From Podarcis erhardii (lineage: Eukaryota): a DNA stretch of 64,000 bases. This document shows, piece by piece, positions 1-12,959 of the stretch (position 1 is the first letter of the stretch; each line of letters begins with the position of its first letter). Position numbers and translations under genes: made by a program. The notes under the pieces were generated by a model that worked only from the letters and a program-made list of their open reading frames with translations, was not told the origin of the DNA and searched no databases. The DNA lies in assembly GCA_964252035.1 (NCBI GenBank), contig OZ176201.1. One strand, given 5' to 3'.

Positions 1-1604
1 AGTGATTTCAAGAAAAGCAAAGCACAAAATTACATTATAAAAATATTCATACAAACGATGCATCACCCACTCTGCTTTATCAGAGAAGCTCCCTTTCCAC
101 CGACTTGCAAAAAGCAAGTGTTAAGGTGTCATGTGCACTGTTATTAGGGCTGTTTGTGAGCGGGGAATTAGCATCCCAGTCATACTTAAAAACCTTTCTC
201 CGGAGCAGCCTCAAGTTTCTAAATGCAAGCCTCCTCACTACTGGGCCATGGGAAGTTTCTGACAGGGAGCCACTGTAGACTCTTTCCAGCACTCTGATTG
301 TGCCTTGATTGTAGGCAGGGAATGTGTACTAGGGCAAGGTGATGTCATCAATACGTTCCCAGCTGTCACCATGGACTGATTGGTGCTTTACATGCATGGA
401 GTGCTGCTAAGCTGTGAAGGATACACAACAGCAAATTTTCCAGAGATGCTTCAGGAGTGTCTGTTAAGAATTGACCTACTTTCTTTTTTCTAATGATGTT
501 ATGACTGCACTATGCTTGATTTACCCGTCATATCCGGAAACTATGAATGTGATACACATTTATTATTGGTACCCAGTTCTCATCTAGGTTTTCTGTATCC
601 ACCCCCCTAGATACAAAACAGACTTCTAGATGCAATTTATATATTTTTTGTTTGGAAACTGATTCAACGTTATTTCTTTTTCTTTAATGAAATCTCATGT
701 GGAAGGCAAGCATGTGTACATCATATTGCAACATTTGCCAGTAAAATACTTTGGGGTGGTGGTGGTGGGGCTGACTTCTGGTGAAATCTCGTCTATCTGG
801 ATAGACAATAGAGAAGGGTGTGTATGTATAGAAACCAGCCAATGATAACATTTATGTTTATTGCTCTGCCCACTTCCACCTGTGGCCCCACCCAATTCTG
901 GAATGTGGCCCTCAGCAAGGACTGTGTCCCGTGGGCTGCCGAAGCCTGTACATTTCTTTGCTTTTTCACATCTTAGCTGTGTACCAGCATTGTATACCTG
1001 AGAATGGATTTGAAAGCAGGAAAAGGAGCTTGTGAATCAACATACTTGAAGTTGTAACGGCAACGTGAAAGAAGTCTGACTTCCACTCCCTAACATTTTT
1101 GCATGTGGGGCTGTTTATAAAATGATTTCTGATGAATCTTAGGTTGGTTTGACATGGAGATTTGCCATAATTGCCACTTCATAAAACATTAATAAAAATA
1201 ACAGCCAGCCACAATTAGCTCATTAACAGACTGGGAACTGCTCTGCAGCAGCCAGATGTTTCTATTCTGTTGTTACAATATCCCCAATAATTCTATATAG
1301 CTGTGCCAAGCTAATTACACAATGGAAGCCCTTGGGATACCTTAATCTCTATACATACTTTTCAGTGATTTTGTTTTCCCTTAGAAGAGAACAGAAAACA
1401 TAATTCAGAGTGAATTGCAGCAGAAGAGCTTTATTGTTAACTTTTAGCAGTGGTATAGTTATGATTAATTCAAACAATTAATTATACTGCTGGCATCTGT
1501 GGAGCCCTGTCTGCTTATGCCAGTGATAAATTTGGTCCTGCTTCCCTTTTAAGCAGTGCAATCTTTTCTCTCTCCCCACGCCCTGCCATTCTGCATTCTC
1601 TTAG

Positions 1605-1739
1605 ATCTTCAGTCAAGCAGACACCCCACTGAAACGCTGGCTTCTGGAATTTGCTGCCAAGCGTAAAAAGGCAGAAGTTCAAAGTGGAATAATCAGAAAT
1701 GACAGCCTGTGGGATAGACTATTCTTTAATAAAATACAG
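1605..1739 (+). CDS. ACSL6: ACSL6 internal coding exon (IFSQADTPLKRWLLEFAAKRKKAEVQSGIIRNDSLWDRLFFNKIQ), 135 nt, phase 0-0
   Basis: ttctcttag acceptor and gtaagg donor. The translation is near-identical to remembered human ACSL6 IFSQANTPLKRWLLEFAAKRKQAEVRSGIIRNDSIWDELFFNKIQ. Earlier exons lie upstream of the window. Confidence 0.97.
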
Positions 1740-3062
1740 GTAAGGATCTGGAAAAAATGGGCACTTGTGCAAGGAACCCTTTACGAAAATGAAATTGTAC
1801 ATGAAACTAGAAAAAATTACTAATGGGGGGGGGGCAACCTTTCCCAGGGAGCCTTCTTGCCTTGTAAAGGATTGGGTTTTGGCCCTAGCAGCAATTTTTA
1901 TGGGTGAGGCCTTTGAATGGCATTGTTATTCAAATGAATAGAGACAAACCTTGGGCTGAGTGGGTCCCAGTCACTGAATGGGTGTTTGCCCCCTAGCAAC
2001 AGTTTTACTGTCTTTCAAAGGAGCAGTAAACCAGGAAGTCTCTTTCAGTCTGGATTTTAATCAAAACTGGAGAATCTGGATGCTCCCTGACTTAATTTTC
2101 ACGTATGAGCCACGGCACTGCCCTGTCTTTGCAACAGACAGAAGCAACTTGTTTAAGAGTCAACTAATCTTTCACTCTCTATCGGCTGTTTAGTTTTATG
2201 CAAGTTCACAAGTACCTAAACTGTGAAAATCACAGGAAATGTTGCTATCAAAGTGACTAATTGAGGATTGCTGGAGTAAACAAAGAGACCCCAAATAGGT
2301 GTCATTCTTCTTATAGAATCCCGATCCTCTTACTGTAAAAATTTGCAGACCAAAAGTGAAATTTAATGTAGCTTTAAGGAGATTGTTCATCAGTGCAAAT
2401 ATTTCTACTTACCTGATAGAAAAATCTCATTCCTGCTCCCCTGTGTGCTGTTCTGGGGTTACTTTCAACCCCCCAGAGCACATTTGGGAGCAGGGCATGA
2501 GGCAAGAAATGAAGCCATAACTAGAAACACAAAAGGAAAGCTTGGACCAGTAAAAAGCAAGATCATATTCAGAATCTATCAGAAGGTCTCAAATACATTA
2601 ATTAGAGTTTTACTCAACAGTACTTGCTCCAACCAATTGTGTGCTCCTCCAGAAAAATGGTAATGATAAAAAATTAAAAGTGAGACACTAAAATACAAGG
2701 TTGTAGCCAGCTGTGGCTTTGCAGTAGTAGAAAATGCTTATGATTGTGTATGGCGGGGCATCCAATTTTCACCCATTCTTCCTACCTGCTGCACCTCTGT
2801 ACCTTATCCTATGCTATTTGGAACAGCTTTGTAGGGACTGCAGTGGGTAGGGAAGGAATCCATGAAAATTGGATGTCATGGTTTGCATGAGGGTACACTT
2901 TCTGCTAGTGCAAAACCATCCCTGGATACAGACAATCCAGTTTTATTAGAAATGAAAGCTGAATACTCTACAGCCCATATTATGCATTCAGAACTACGCT
3001 CCCTCCCCACCCCATTTCTCCCAGACCATCATTCACCTAGGCTGAGGTGTGTGTGTGTTATG

Positions 3063-3700
3063 TGTGGCAAGGTCAAGAATGTAGCTGTTTGCATGGCGAG
3101 GCCCTAGGCCCTGCAGTTCCATTAGATAATAAACACACAGACACAAATGTTTAGGTTAATGGGATAAAACAGGCCACAGCTTTATTGATTGAAGATGTGA
3201 GCGGCTTGGCTTAGGCATTGGGTGAAACCGGACTATAGCCTGACTCCTGCACATCTGCAGGGAGTCTCATAAGGGTAAACCACTGGTAGGGGGAGCCCTA
3301 TGATATACATCGATTAAGAGCACCCCCAGGGTCCCCGATGGAGTCATGGCATGGCTTTGGACAGGATCCACACGCCCGGGTCCCTTTAACAGGATACCCT
3401 TAACGTGGAGGGGCAGGTGGAGGCAACAACCTCCCCTCCCATAAACAAGGCTTACCCAATGCCTAACCGCCACTCGAGCCCTAAAGGCTCGCCACCAACT
3501 TAAATGGCTAGTGGCCATGCCCCGGGCCAACCTGATTGGCCAGCCGGGGCGGCGTGATGCGGCCAGGAGTCTCTATGACTTGGGTGGCATCCCTCCACCC
3601 ACAGATGGGTTACTTGGAGGTCCTGGATGCACTCCTGCAACACTGTCCCCCCCGGGAAGGGGAGCGGACTTCCAGCATGCAATGTGATCTTCATAAATGT
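3063..3700 (-). mobile_element. LTR-like element (probable solo LTR), right end uncertain
   Basis: Starts TGTGGCA, GC/CpG-richer than its flanks, with a minus-strand AATAAA (tttatt 3181-3186). Shares blocks with 8165-8677 in opposite orientation. No TSD found. Confidence 0.5.
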
Positions 3701-3869
3701 GGGAGAGGAAAGAGGTTTGGAAATATAGGCATAAACTATTCGACTAGATCTAACAGGTAGGCTGATCTTTGTTGTCCCTGAAAGCCCAAAGTATACTGTG
3801 CAAATATGTACCGTACAATAACTTATTTATGCTACATGCTGTTTTTTCAAAGTTCTCTTTACCCAACAG

Positions 3870-3965
3870 GCAAGCCTGGGTGGCTGTGTTAGGATGATTG
3901 TAACAGGAGCCGCTCCTGCTTCTCCCACTGTTCTGGGCTTCCTTCGAGCAGCCCTGGGATGTCAG
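3870..3965 (+). CDS. ACSL6: ACSL6 exon (ASLGGCVRMIVTGAAPASPTVLGFLRAALGCQ), 96 nt, phase 0-0
   Basis: caacag acceptor and gtatgt donor. Contains the TGAAP motif of long-chain acyl-CoA synthetases. Confidence 0.97.
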
Positions 3966-4839
3966 GTATGTTGCACCTGTACATTTATCCAGTTGCACTT
4001 TTTATTTCCTAGCTAGAAGTTCTGCTACCATTAGGGGAAAGCTAGATTGTTAAAAATGAGCTGTGGTATTAACTAATAACACTGTGGGAACTAAACACAT
4101 CCATAATGGAAATAGGGAGAGTTAAGTATGAGGACCATATAAAGAGCCATGTTTACGTACAGCAAGTCTCTTGCAAAAGTAATAAGCTAATGGTAAAGAT
4201 CTGATCAGAACTTGTGTCTAGATTTTAATTTACAGCTCAGATCAGGTGGGGGAGGTGCTATAGACGGATTGGGGCCAGATTTGTCTGCCTTCCAGTTCTG
4301 TCTAAGGGGAATCCCCCTCCTTGGATGCCCCTGTGTTTCCTAGATACCATTGAAGATCTCCCGTTTTAAGAAACAAGTTGGATGCACCCACCCTTCTTAA
4401 ATGGGTGTTCAGGGTGGCAGGGATGCTGAGTAAGACAAACCCAGCTTGCAGTGTCTTTCCTTTTTCTTTAGCAGCAACCACCGACAGGCCTTTTCAGGTG
4501 TGGGCAAGAGGCCTGTAGCACTAAACTTGACCAATAATTGGCTCATGCCATTCTCAGCCAGGTACTAGTGGCTTTCCTAGCTTGCAGTACAAGTTCCAAA
4601 GTGCATCCTCTTCAGCTGCTCCCAGAGTTCCCACAAAGGAAAGATTTCTCCTCCATCTTTAATGTCTTTCTCCATCTCTAAATTTAGCAATCAGAAGCTA
4701 TTATTGTACACAATTGTAATTTAGATTGTGTTCTTCCTGAGTCCCAACACTGGAGAGAAAAGTATTTATTGCTCATTTATTTGTTTTTGGCCTTCAAATA
4801 AAATGGTGAAATTAGCATCATCTTGTTTAAATGATGCAG

Positions 4840-5000
4840 GCCTCTGAATACCTGTTCTGCCTCTGAATACCAGTTGCTGAGGATCGCAAGTGGGAGAATT
4901 TGGCTGTCCACGTGTCCTGCTTGAAGGCTTCCAAAACGCATCTGATTTGACTAGATGGACCTTTGGTCTGACCCAGTAAAGTTGTTCTTATTTTCTTACA
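4840..5000 (+). mobile_element. CR1-type LINE 3' end
   Basis: ctctgaataccagttgctg...ctagatggacctttggtctgacccag followed by a degenerate (ttcttatg)n tail. Confidence 0.65.
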
Positions 5001-5012
5001 TACTTTTGACAG

Positions 5013-5085
5013 GTCTATGAAGGCTATGGTCAAACAGAATGCACAGCTGGCTGTACCTTCACTACTCCAGGGGACTGGACATCAG
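5013..5085 (+). CDS. ACSL6: ACSL6 exon (VYEGYGQTECTAGCTFTTPGDWTS-G), 73 nt, phase 0-1
   Basis: ttttgacag acceptor and gtaata donor. Contains the YGQTE adenylate-forming motif. Confidence 0.97.
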
Positions 5086-6184
5086 GTAATAAACCAGGCA
5101 GGGTACTGAATCATCAATTAATCAGTTGCCTTTTTATGCATCGTGAAATAATTCACAGATAAAAAATAAAAACAGCTAAGAAGAATAGTAAAAACAATAC
5201 ATAAACCAAATAAAGTTAGCTGTGAAAACAATACAAAATGAACATCAAAGACAAGGACCTTTTCATCCAGCTGGAAAAGCTTGTCGAAACAAATATGTCT
5301 ACCACCAGAAACTACAGATAGTGGGCACTTTTCATATCCCAACAGAGATAAATGTTCCACAGAACAGGAGCAGCCGCACTGAAAACTCTGCTTTGAAATA
5401 CTGTGGCTTCTGATTATTTCAGAGATTTTAAGGATAAACTCCTGTAGAATGCAGTGACCTACTAGGTATATGAGGAATAAGGCAGTCCCTCAATAAATTC
5501 TGTTTTAGAATGCAAGTTTAATTAGCTTATTTAAGCTTGAAAACAATTAGGTCAGAATCCTAAGATGCTATGTATGTGCGTGCAGGAGAATGATGTGTAA
5601 TCATGATATACTTTGCAGCTTTGGGCTCAGCATTTTTCACTGCCAAAAAGGCAAGCAGCTTTAAAAACCAATCAGTGGTTTGTCCCTTTTCTCACTGAAA
5701 CAACAGCTGTGCTCAGCCTAAACAAATGCTACTTACCAGTATGCGTATATCATTTCTTTAGATCCCAGCTTGTGTGACTTACGATAATCTGTGGCCTTGT
5801 TTGGATTTTGTTTCCTCCTTTGGATTGTCTTTAGAAAGAGATGAGCTCTGGGTTATATGTGCTCTTTCCCCTCACTTCTAATTACAATTATTATTTTTCA
5901 CTAGACTAGCAATAAAACTGCATCTTCAGCAATGTTCAGATACTTTTATGATAATAATCTGCTGTAGTTGTTTTACTTTTGTTTTTCTTTATTTTTTTTT
6001 TAAAAAGACAAATGTCTCCTTGGCAAGAAGCCAGTGACTCAATTGCAGAGAGCACTGTGAACTGCACTGTCACCTTCATAAATCTATGTCGAGGGATTAG
6101 ATCCTGCACTGGGCAGATTGTTGGCCTAGATGACCTTTATGGTACCTTGCAACTTAAAAACTATCATCTCTCTGTGATTTGCAG

Positions 6185-6273
6185 GTCATGTTGGAGCACC
6201 TTTGCCCTGTAATTTAATCAAGCTGGTGGATGTTGAAGAACTGAATTACTTTTCTTCTAAAGGAGAAGGAGAG
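6185..6273 (+). CDS. ACSL6: ACSL6 exon (G-HVGAPLPCNLIKLVDVEELNYFSSKGEGE), 89 nt, phase 1-0
   Basis: atttgcag acceptor and gtaaca donor. The phase matches the previous exon. Confidence 0.97.
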
Positions 6274-7917
6274 GTAACATGCACTCTTCCTGAACTCTTC
6301 GCGGTCTCACTTGTAGTTTAAAAAAGCCAATGAACCACTTTCCAGAGACAAGATCTGTCACTCCTTTACAGGAGATAGGAGGGTGCAAAGATACATATAT
6401 TTCTCAAGGACATGACCAACAAGCTCAGGTGCATGAGGAGTTTGCTCTGGTGTTCAGGAAGGCAAGCGAGCAAGTTGGGCATTGGCTCTCATTCTTTCAT
6501 TTCAGTACTGATGATCCAAACTTCATGCAGAGTAATGGCAAGAATTCCTGGAACTGACAGGAGCTGGGAAGGGACAAGGTTCATGACATAACTTCTTAGA
6601 AGCCTAGTTTAGGATGAGCAGCTAAAGGAAAACAGGCACAATGAAATATACACTTCATCCTTGGAGTGAGATGGTGGCAGTGGAGTAGACATTCATCTTG
6701 TCCTGCTGGCCAGGATTAGTATTGTGGTGAGGCTGCTTTCTGATTGCTGTGAGTAGGACTATTATTGTGGATTTGCCTTGAAGGAATGCAGGAGCACAGT
6801 TTGGTTTTGAACAAAAAACGGTTCATCATTAAAAGATGGTTTCTTGGTTCTCTCTGGAATAATTTGAATGGGGGGGGGCAAAGAAGAGTGGCACCTGAAA
6901 GTCCAACAAATAAGTTATAGCATAAACTTTCATAGTCTAAGGGCATAAGTTATTGTGGACTATGAAAGCTTATGCCATGAGGCATTTCTTAAGTCTTCTA
7001 CAAGACTCTTTCTGCTGCAACAGTCTGATATGGCAAAATATGTGCATTTGAGAAAGAAACAGAAGAGCAACTGGAGTTTTGGAGACAGAGAAAGCTTGGA
7101 GCTGTAAGCTAACAGCAGCTGAGGAGGAAGAAAGGTGTGTTTCTCTGGCAATCTGGTGTGGGAACAATGGACTGGCTTTGTTGCATGTTAAGCTGTCTGC
7201 CTCCACCTATGCTTGACTTGCATATATTTATTTAATACATAATTTGTTTTGCAAACTGCAGTACAATAAACAACAACAACAAAACAAAAAGTTGGAAATT
7301 TCTCATGCATCATTGTTACAGGATATAATGGGGGTGGGGATAAGAATTAAAAAATAATAATTAAAACAACTATCAGATATAGCCTCTCCAAAATACAGCC
7401 CAGGTAGTTGGATAAATTTGTAAATAAACCCAAATATTACAAAACATCCTAAGTTGCAAACGACACTTCTATCCTGCCTGTTGTGCATCTAACAGTATGT
7501 TGTGTTGGTTCAGGCTGGTCTTTGCTCAGATGGAACAGAAAATCTTCACTTAGGAAGCATTACACATGTTCCAATCTACTCATTGTTGGCACAGAGTCCT
7601 CATAGGCAAACAGCTGTGCTTCTAGAACTCACAGGTCCAGCTTCCTGAAAGTCTCCCACCCTGTATCACTGGTGCCAACTGTGTATTTGTGTGGTTGTCC
7701 CTCCCCTCCCCAGAAAAGGGTTATGCCAGTATTCAGTGGCATGTGATTATAAAATAAGAGTTCTTGTGTGGCTCAGTCTAACCCATAGGCTGAGGTTCTT
7801 GAAGACTTTTTGCCTATATATTCATCATTTGTGTGAAGTTATAACAGTTGGCCTAAGTCTCTCTTTTTTAAAAAAGATGTCTACCTTGCAGTGTACCAGC
7901 AGATCTATCTCTTGCAG

Positions 7918-8034
7918 ATTTGTGTGAAAGGTCCAAACGTTTTCAAGGGCTACCTGAAAGATAGAGAGAAAACCACGGAAGCTTTAGACAAGGATGGATG
8001 GCTTCATACTGGGGATGTCGGGAAGTGGTTGCAC
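7918..8034 (+). CDS. ACSL6: ACSL6 exon ([39 protein letters not shown]), 117 nt, phase 0-0
   Basis: ctcttgcag acceptor and gtatgt donor. Contains the DGWLHTGD fatty acyl-CoA synthetase signature. Confidence 0.97.
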
Positions 8035-8164
8035 GTATGTACTGAAATGCTACCTTTGCATACTAAGATTGCAGGTTTACAAGCCCCTCTGACCAAAGGA
8101 ATAAGTGAATTAGACATTGATGTGTATGTCAGATCATGAGTATAGTGGTGGAAAAAAATTACTA

Positions 8165-8677
8165 CTGTGTGATGTGAGTATATGCCAGACCTACATCAGG
8201 GTTCGGCTCCAACATCGGTTCCCTTCAGATTCCAACCTTCCCCTGGCCTTATTTTATGGGTTTATGGGCTACCTCATAGCAATGTCACATCTTACTGGTG
8301 GATAAGGCATTGCTCCATGGTCACAGGGTATCCCCTTAAAGGGAGCCTGGGGGAGGTACTTCTTGTTCTGATACCTAGCTTGGGAGCTAATGGGCTATAG
8401 CACCCCAAATGGTGATTTTGGGGTTTGCCCAGATATGATACGTATTGTGATATGTATCTGTCCCTGTGGGGTGACCCATAACCTTGATCAACCCTGCCAA
8501 TCATCCACCAGCAGTTATGCTGGTTTCAGGATACCTACCCAATGCCTACCCCAAAACCTGCTGACACCAATAGTTGTAGCCTGTTTAAATCCCAACACTG
8601 CTGTTCTTTGTGTTGTTGTGATTGTTTTACCTAACCCCCTCCCCGCCCGTGGCTCTACTATGCCTGGGCCTGCCACT
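8165..8677 (+). mobile_element. Older LTR-like element of the same family as 3063-3700, left end uncertain
   Basis: Its reverse complement begins gtggcagg and contains gggatttaaacaggctacaact and taggcattgggt. These match gggataaaacaggccacagct and taggcattgggt in the 3063 element. Confidence 0.45.
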
Positions 8678-8839
8678 TTCTGTTAGGTTTCATAGATATT
8701 TGACCTTAGCTTCTTTGGCCAGTCTGAGAAATTTGAAATCTGTTTGAATTCTGCTGCTCAGAAGGGACCCAGTAAACTGGAGCTGAGTTGCAGGCAAGGC
8801 GATCTCACTTTTCCCCAGCTCTATGTGATTACTCTATGT

Positions 8840-8964
8840 TGCTGCATAAGCGTGTCCCCACTTGCAGACTTCCCTTCGGCATCTGATTGGCCCCTATGGG
8901 AGATAGGATGCTGGACTGAATTGGCCTTAGGCCTGAACCAGCAGACTCTTCTTACATTCCTATG
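8840..8964 (+). mobile_element. CR1-type LINE 3' end
   Basis: gcatctgattggcc...gatgctggactgaattggccttaggcctgaaccagcagactcttcttac plus tail; same family as 4840-5000. Confidence 0.65.
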
Positions 8965-8981
8965 TTATTTTTTACTCACAG

Positions 8982-9125
8982 AATGGTACACTTAAAATAA
9001 TTGATCGAAAAAAGCATATATTTAAACTGGCTCAGGGAGAATACATTGCACCAGAGAAAATTGAGAATATCTACATTCGCAGCGAGCCTGTTGCCCAGAT
9101 ATATGTGCATGGAGATAGTTTACAG
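8982..9125 (+). CDS. ACSL6: ACSL6 exon (NGTLKIIDRKKHIFKLAQGEYIAPEKIENIYIRSEPVAQIYVHGDSLQ), 144 nt, phase 0-0
   Basis: actcacag acceptor and gtaacg donor. Contains the DRKKHIFKLAQGEY signature. Confidence 0.97.
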
Positions 9126-9660
9126 GTAACGCTATTCATTTTCTAAACATTCCTTGAAATTTGGTCATGCCTTTTATACCATTTTGTATTGTTTCCTGGG
9201 TTGGGGAGGGGGTTGCATTTAGGAACAGGCAAGGTGTCATATTTATTTTATTTAATAATGTTCAAAATGAATACAAGATATTGGTGTCTGTTACCTGCTG
9301 AGCAGGTAAGTTCAGCAGCTAGATACATAGTTTAATGAGAGGAGCACAGCATTCACTCACTGATGTCCCAGGCACAAGGCATTCTGGGACACGTAGCAAA
9401 CGTTCTGGCACAGTGGTCATTGATTGACCTGCATACACTATAAAGTCTGTATAGATCAATAGGGAAACAACTGCAGAGTCAAGCAACACACCCACATGCA
9501 GATTTTGTAACATTTGGGGCCAGCCTCCTGGTGGAACTGGAAGAGCTGAAGGACTATGGAGGAGAAGTGGGAGTAACCTTACTGCAGAACTATTTACTGT
9601 ATATGGAAGCCATTATCAAAAGTTAAGAGAACAGAGCTCTGTTCTGAACCTCCACTGCTG

Positions 9661-9665
<5 letters not shown>

Positions 9666-9732
<67 letters not shown>
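9666..9732. repeat. Compound (CA)n(GA)n microsatellite
   Basis: Read directly from the sequence. Confidence 0.98.
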
Positions 9733-9737
<5 letters not shown>

Positions 9738-9922
9738 CTCTGACTCTTGTGATAAGCAGAAGCTGCTGTATCATTGTTTGAGGAATGGGGTCAAAGGGCA
9801 AAGAACTTGACAAGCACTCTTATTTAGGAAGCACAGATAAGAGAGCACAGCAAAATTCAAGGGATTAAGATGGGTTTGCTGTGTCACAAATACAGTCCCC
9901 AATTTTATCTGTATCGTTGCAG

Positions 9923-10024
9923 GCCTTCCTGGTGGGGATTGTTGTACCTGATGCTGAAATCATGCCAGCCTGGGCCAAGAAAAGAGGCTTTGATGGAACT
10001 TTTGCAGAGCTCTGTAAAAATGCG
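9923..10024 (+). CDS. ACSL6: ACSL6 exon (AFLVGIVVPDAEIMPAWAKKRGFDGTFAELCKNA), 102 nt, phase 0-0
   Basis: cgttgcag acceptor and gtaaat donor. Homologous to human AFLVGIVVPDPEVMPSWAQKRGIEGTYADLCTNK. Confidence 0.96.
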
Positions 10025-11059
10025 GTAAATTGCTTATGTACATGTTCCTGTGCATTATTAAATTGGCAATTCAGTGCCAATTTGGGGTGTGTGTGTGTGT
10101 GTGTACAGACAAACATAGATTATAATTATAATTGGTAGATCAGAATTTGCCAGTGCACTGAAAGAGCCTTATGGCGAATGATGCAATATGATAAGCTGAA
10201 AGGCCAACTTCAATGTTACATTAAAAGCAGCCTTCCATATTCTGTTGCCCCCAAGATGTTTTGGACTCCCAACTCCCAGCAGCTCTAGCCAGCATGGCCA
10301 ATGGTCAGGGATGATGGGAACTGTAATCCAGAATATCAGGAGAGCACCAGGATGGGAATGGCTGAATTAAAACAATTCAGCTAATGTGCTTGGATCTGAC
10401 TGTGACTTTTTCTTTAGAAAAAAAGCAGCTATAGGGGGCTCTGATCTGGATCAGATCCAAAGCACAGAAGGAGGGAGCTTAACTATGCCCTGTTTTCCTG
10501 CTAATAATAATGCCCCCAAATAACATATTTACTGCTTTGGATAGTTTTCAGGCAAAAAGGGAAAAGGGGTTTTAATCCTGGTCAGGATCCCCCACAGCTT
10601 CTTTTCATAAAGAAAGGCACAGCCAAGTCCAAAGCACAGTAGTTAAAACTGCTTTTAACATAATGTGTAATTCTGGCTCTAAGTAGCTAGGTGATTACTG
10701 TGTTAAGAGACTGGGACATCTGTTAGAAGGATTCCATTGGATAAGCAAAGCTCTGTCCTGTAACGAGCTAGTATAACATATTGGGTTTTTTCCACTTTCT
10801 TTATCAGTACTGTTCCATTGCTACAAGATGACATCTATTTTTTTGCACAGTGAGATATGCTTTTGTTTCATTATGTTTTTGGGGGCTTGGAATGTCTGAG
10901 CCAGCACCAAATCATGTGATTTCTCTGCTGTTGCCTAGACAAGATAAAGATTGCAGTAGTGTTCCAGAAAGAAGACAGCAAAGCTACTAAAGAACAGGTT
11001 TTATTTCTTCTGTGGGTGTTCCAGCACATTTACCTTTGGTGGAAGCCATAAGTGAAGGA

Positions 11060-11255
11060 CCATAGCTCAGTGGTGGACATATGTACTGCCTGCAAAAAAG
11101 GGTCAAGATTCTCAACACTGCCTGGATGTTCCAGGGATTGAAAGACCCCATGTCTGAAACCGTGCAGAACTGCTATGAGTCAGTGTATGCTATCCTGAAC
11201 TAGATAGACAAATAGCCCAACTCATTATAAAGCAGTTCCTACGCTCCTATGTATT
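11060..11255 (+). mobile_element. Degenerate tRNA-derived SINE (Squam2-like)
   Basis: tagctcagtggt head and gaactagatagac...aagcagttccta tail. Related copies at 26125-26385(-), 45509-45690 and 51398-51567. Confidence 0.6.
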
Positions 11256-11399
11256 TGAATAATTAATTAATTCTCCACTCCTGTGTGACAAAGCCAGGTG
11301 GGCTACTACCACTTGAATAAGGGGATGGAAATATGTAGAGCAGCTAGGAGTCAGCAGTAGCAAAAGTAAATCCTGGCAACATTCTTGGGATGTTCAAGA

Positions 11400-11490
11400 A
11401 ATAAGGCTGTAATCCTATTCCTGCTTACCTGGCAGTAAGTTCCATTGAACTCAGTAGGATTTACTTCTGAGTAGATGCCTACGCTATAAT
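11400..11490. repeat. Old palindromic dispersed repeat of about 90 bp (ttacctgg.agtaag..ccattga...tcaatggg.ttacttctgagtag family)
   Basis: Recurs degenerately near 17870, 22700, 24340, 29550, 55510, 60120 and 62980. Confidence 0.55.
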
Positions 11491-12391
11491 CTAGGGACTT
11501 GGTTATTAGAACACTAAGGAAGTAGACTGTAAGCACTTTCTCTTTAGATTGCCAGCTGATCAGGGCTGGGACCTGGCCTCTGTGCAAAATGCAATTCATA
11601 TTGACAGCATTAGATAAATAACATTGAAAAGGGCATCAGTGTAAGGTGTAGGGAATGTTTTCCATGGAATGCAATGGAATATACTATTTTGGAACTGGCG
11701 TAATAAGATACAGTTTCAGTCACTGAACTCCTTTGTACTTTAATTTTAAATGCAAAGAGGAAAGTGAGAGCTCAGAGCTCTAAGAACAAGTTCCAAGACA
11801 ACATGCTAGAATAAGAATTTAATTCTTTGTCCTGAAAAATGTGTTCATGCTTGGGAAATTTAAATCAAGGAGGTATTTCAGACACTTCTACATGAAGACT
11901 ACAGGACCAGAATTCCTTAGGGATGGGCAGTGTTTTTCAAGCTGAGGGCCACATAACCTTCTGAACAATCTTGCAAGGGCCACTTGCCAGTAGTGGCCAA
12001 AAAGGGTGGAGCAACAAATGTAAATTTTACCTTTTGTACAATAGGCTATTTTGTACGAACACTCAAGCACCCTGCCTCTATCCTCCCCATATCAGAGTTC
12101 AAAGACACGTTCCAGGTGGGCGTATTTGGAGTGCAAAGCTTGGCATGTGAAGGGTGTGACCTGAGGAGAGTTCCAAGGGCCAGACAAAGAGGTCGTGGGG
12201 TGGGGGGCACAATTCATCCCTCTGCCTGATATTTCCCATCCTTGTCCTACACAGTATAATCACATTTCACCCTCTGCTTCTTTGAAAAGTTAATTGTCAA
12301 CAGAGAGCCAAATAAATAATTATTTAAATATTGGAACATGTATTTGAACAGGACTTCCTGGCTGTAAATGTTCTCATATGTTCTTGCTTAG

Positions 12392-12463
12392 GAGCTCAAA
12401 AAAGCAATAATGGAAGATATGGTGCAGTTAGGGAAAGAGAGTGGACTTCATTCGTTTGAACAG
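12392..12463 (+). CDS. ACSL6: ACSL6 exon (ELKKAIMEDMVQLGKESGLHSFEQ), 72 nt, phase 0-0
   Basis: ttgcttag acceptor and gtaaat donor. The GLHSFEQ motif favours ACSL6 over its paralogues. Confidence 0.96.
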
Positions 12464-12885
12464 GTAAATACTAAATACTGATGATAGCTTTTGATTACTA
12501 GATGCAGATGAGCTTCTTCTTTGTGATTGAATAGCAGGGATTTTATAAAAGCCCCTATGCCTCGCTTATGCTTTGTGGTTCAGTACTCAAATGTGTATTT
12601 TTCTATGAAATAAAACTATCCTTGTCTGTTTATGAATGCATGAAAGGTAATGTTAAAGAAGGTCTCTCTATGATAGATAACATGATAAAATATTTGAAAC
12701 ACCATTCCATTCAAGCTGAGAGCAGTACTGGAAAGTCAGCTTAATTACCATTCTTGTAGCTGACCTGGAAAATACAGCTGTTCTGTTTGTCCCCCATCCA
12801 TGGACTAATCTCCTCCTGACGTAGGTATTTTTGCGGCAGACCTACAAACCTCCAATAAGGGAAGTTCAAAAATGGACATAATGTA

Positions 12886-12895
12886 CTCTCCTCTC

Positions 12896-12959
<64 letters not shown>
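12886..12959. repeat. Compound (CT)n(CA)n microsatellite
   Basis: Read directly from the sequence. Confidence 0.98.

Noticed and set aside
1-1604. ACSL6 mutually exclusive F/Y gate exons and the SVVYCHGG exon
   Set aside because: No matching peptide found, so they must lie upstream of the window.
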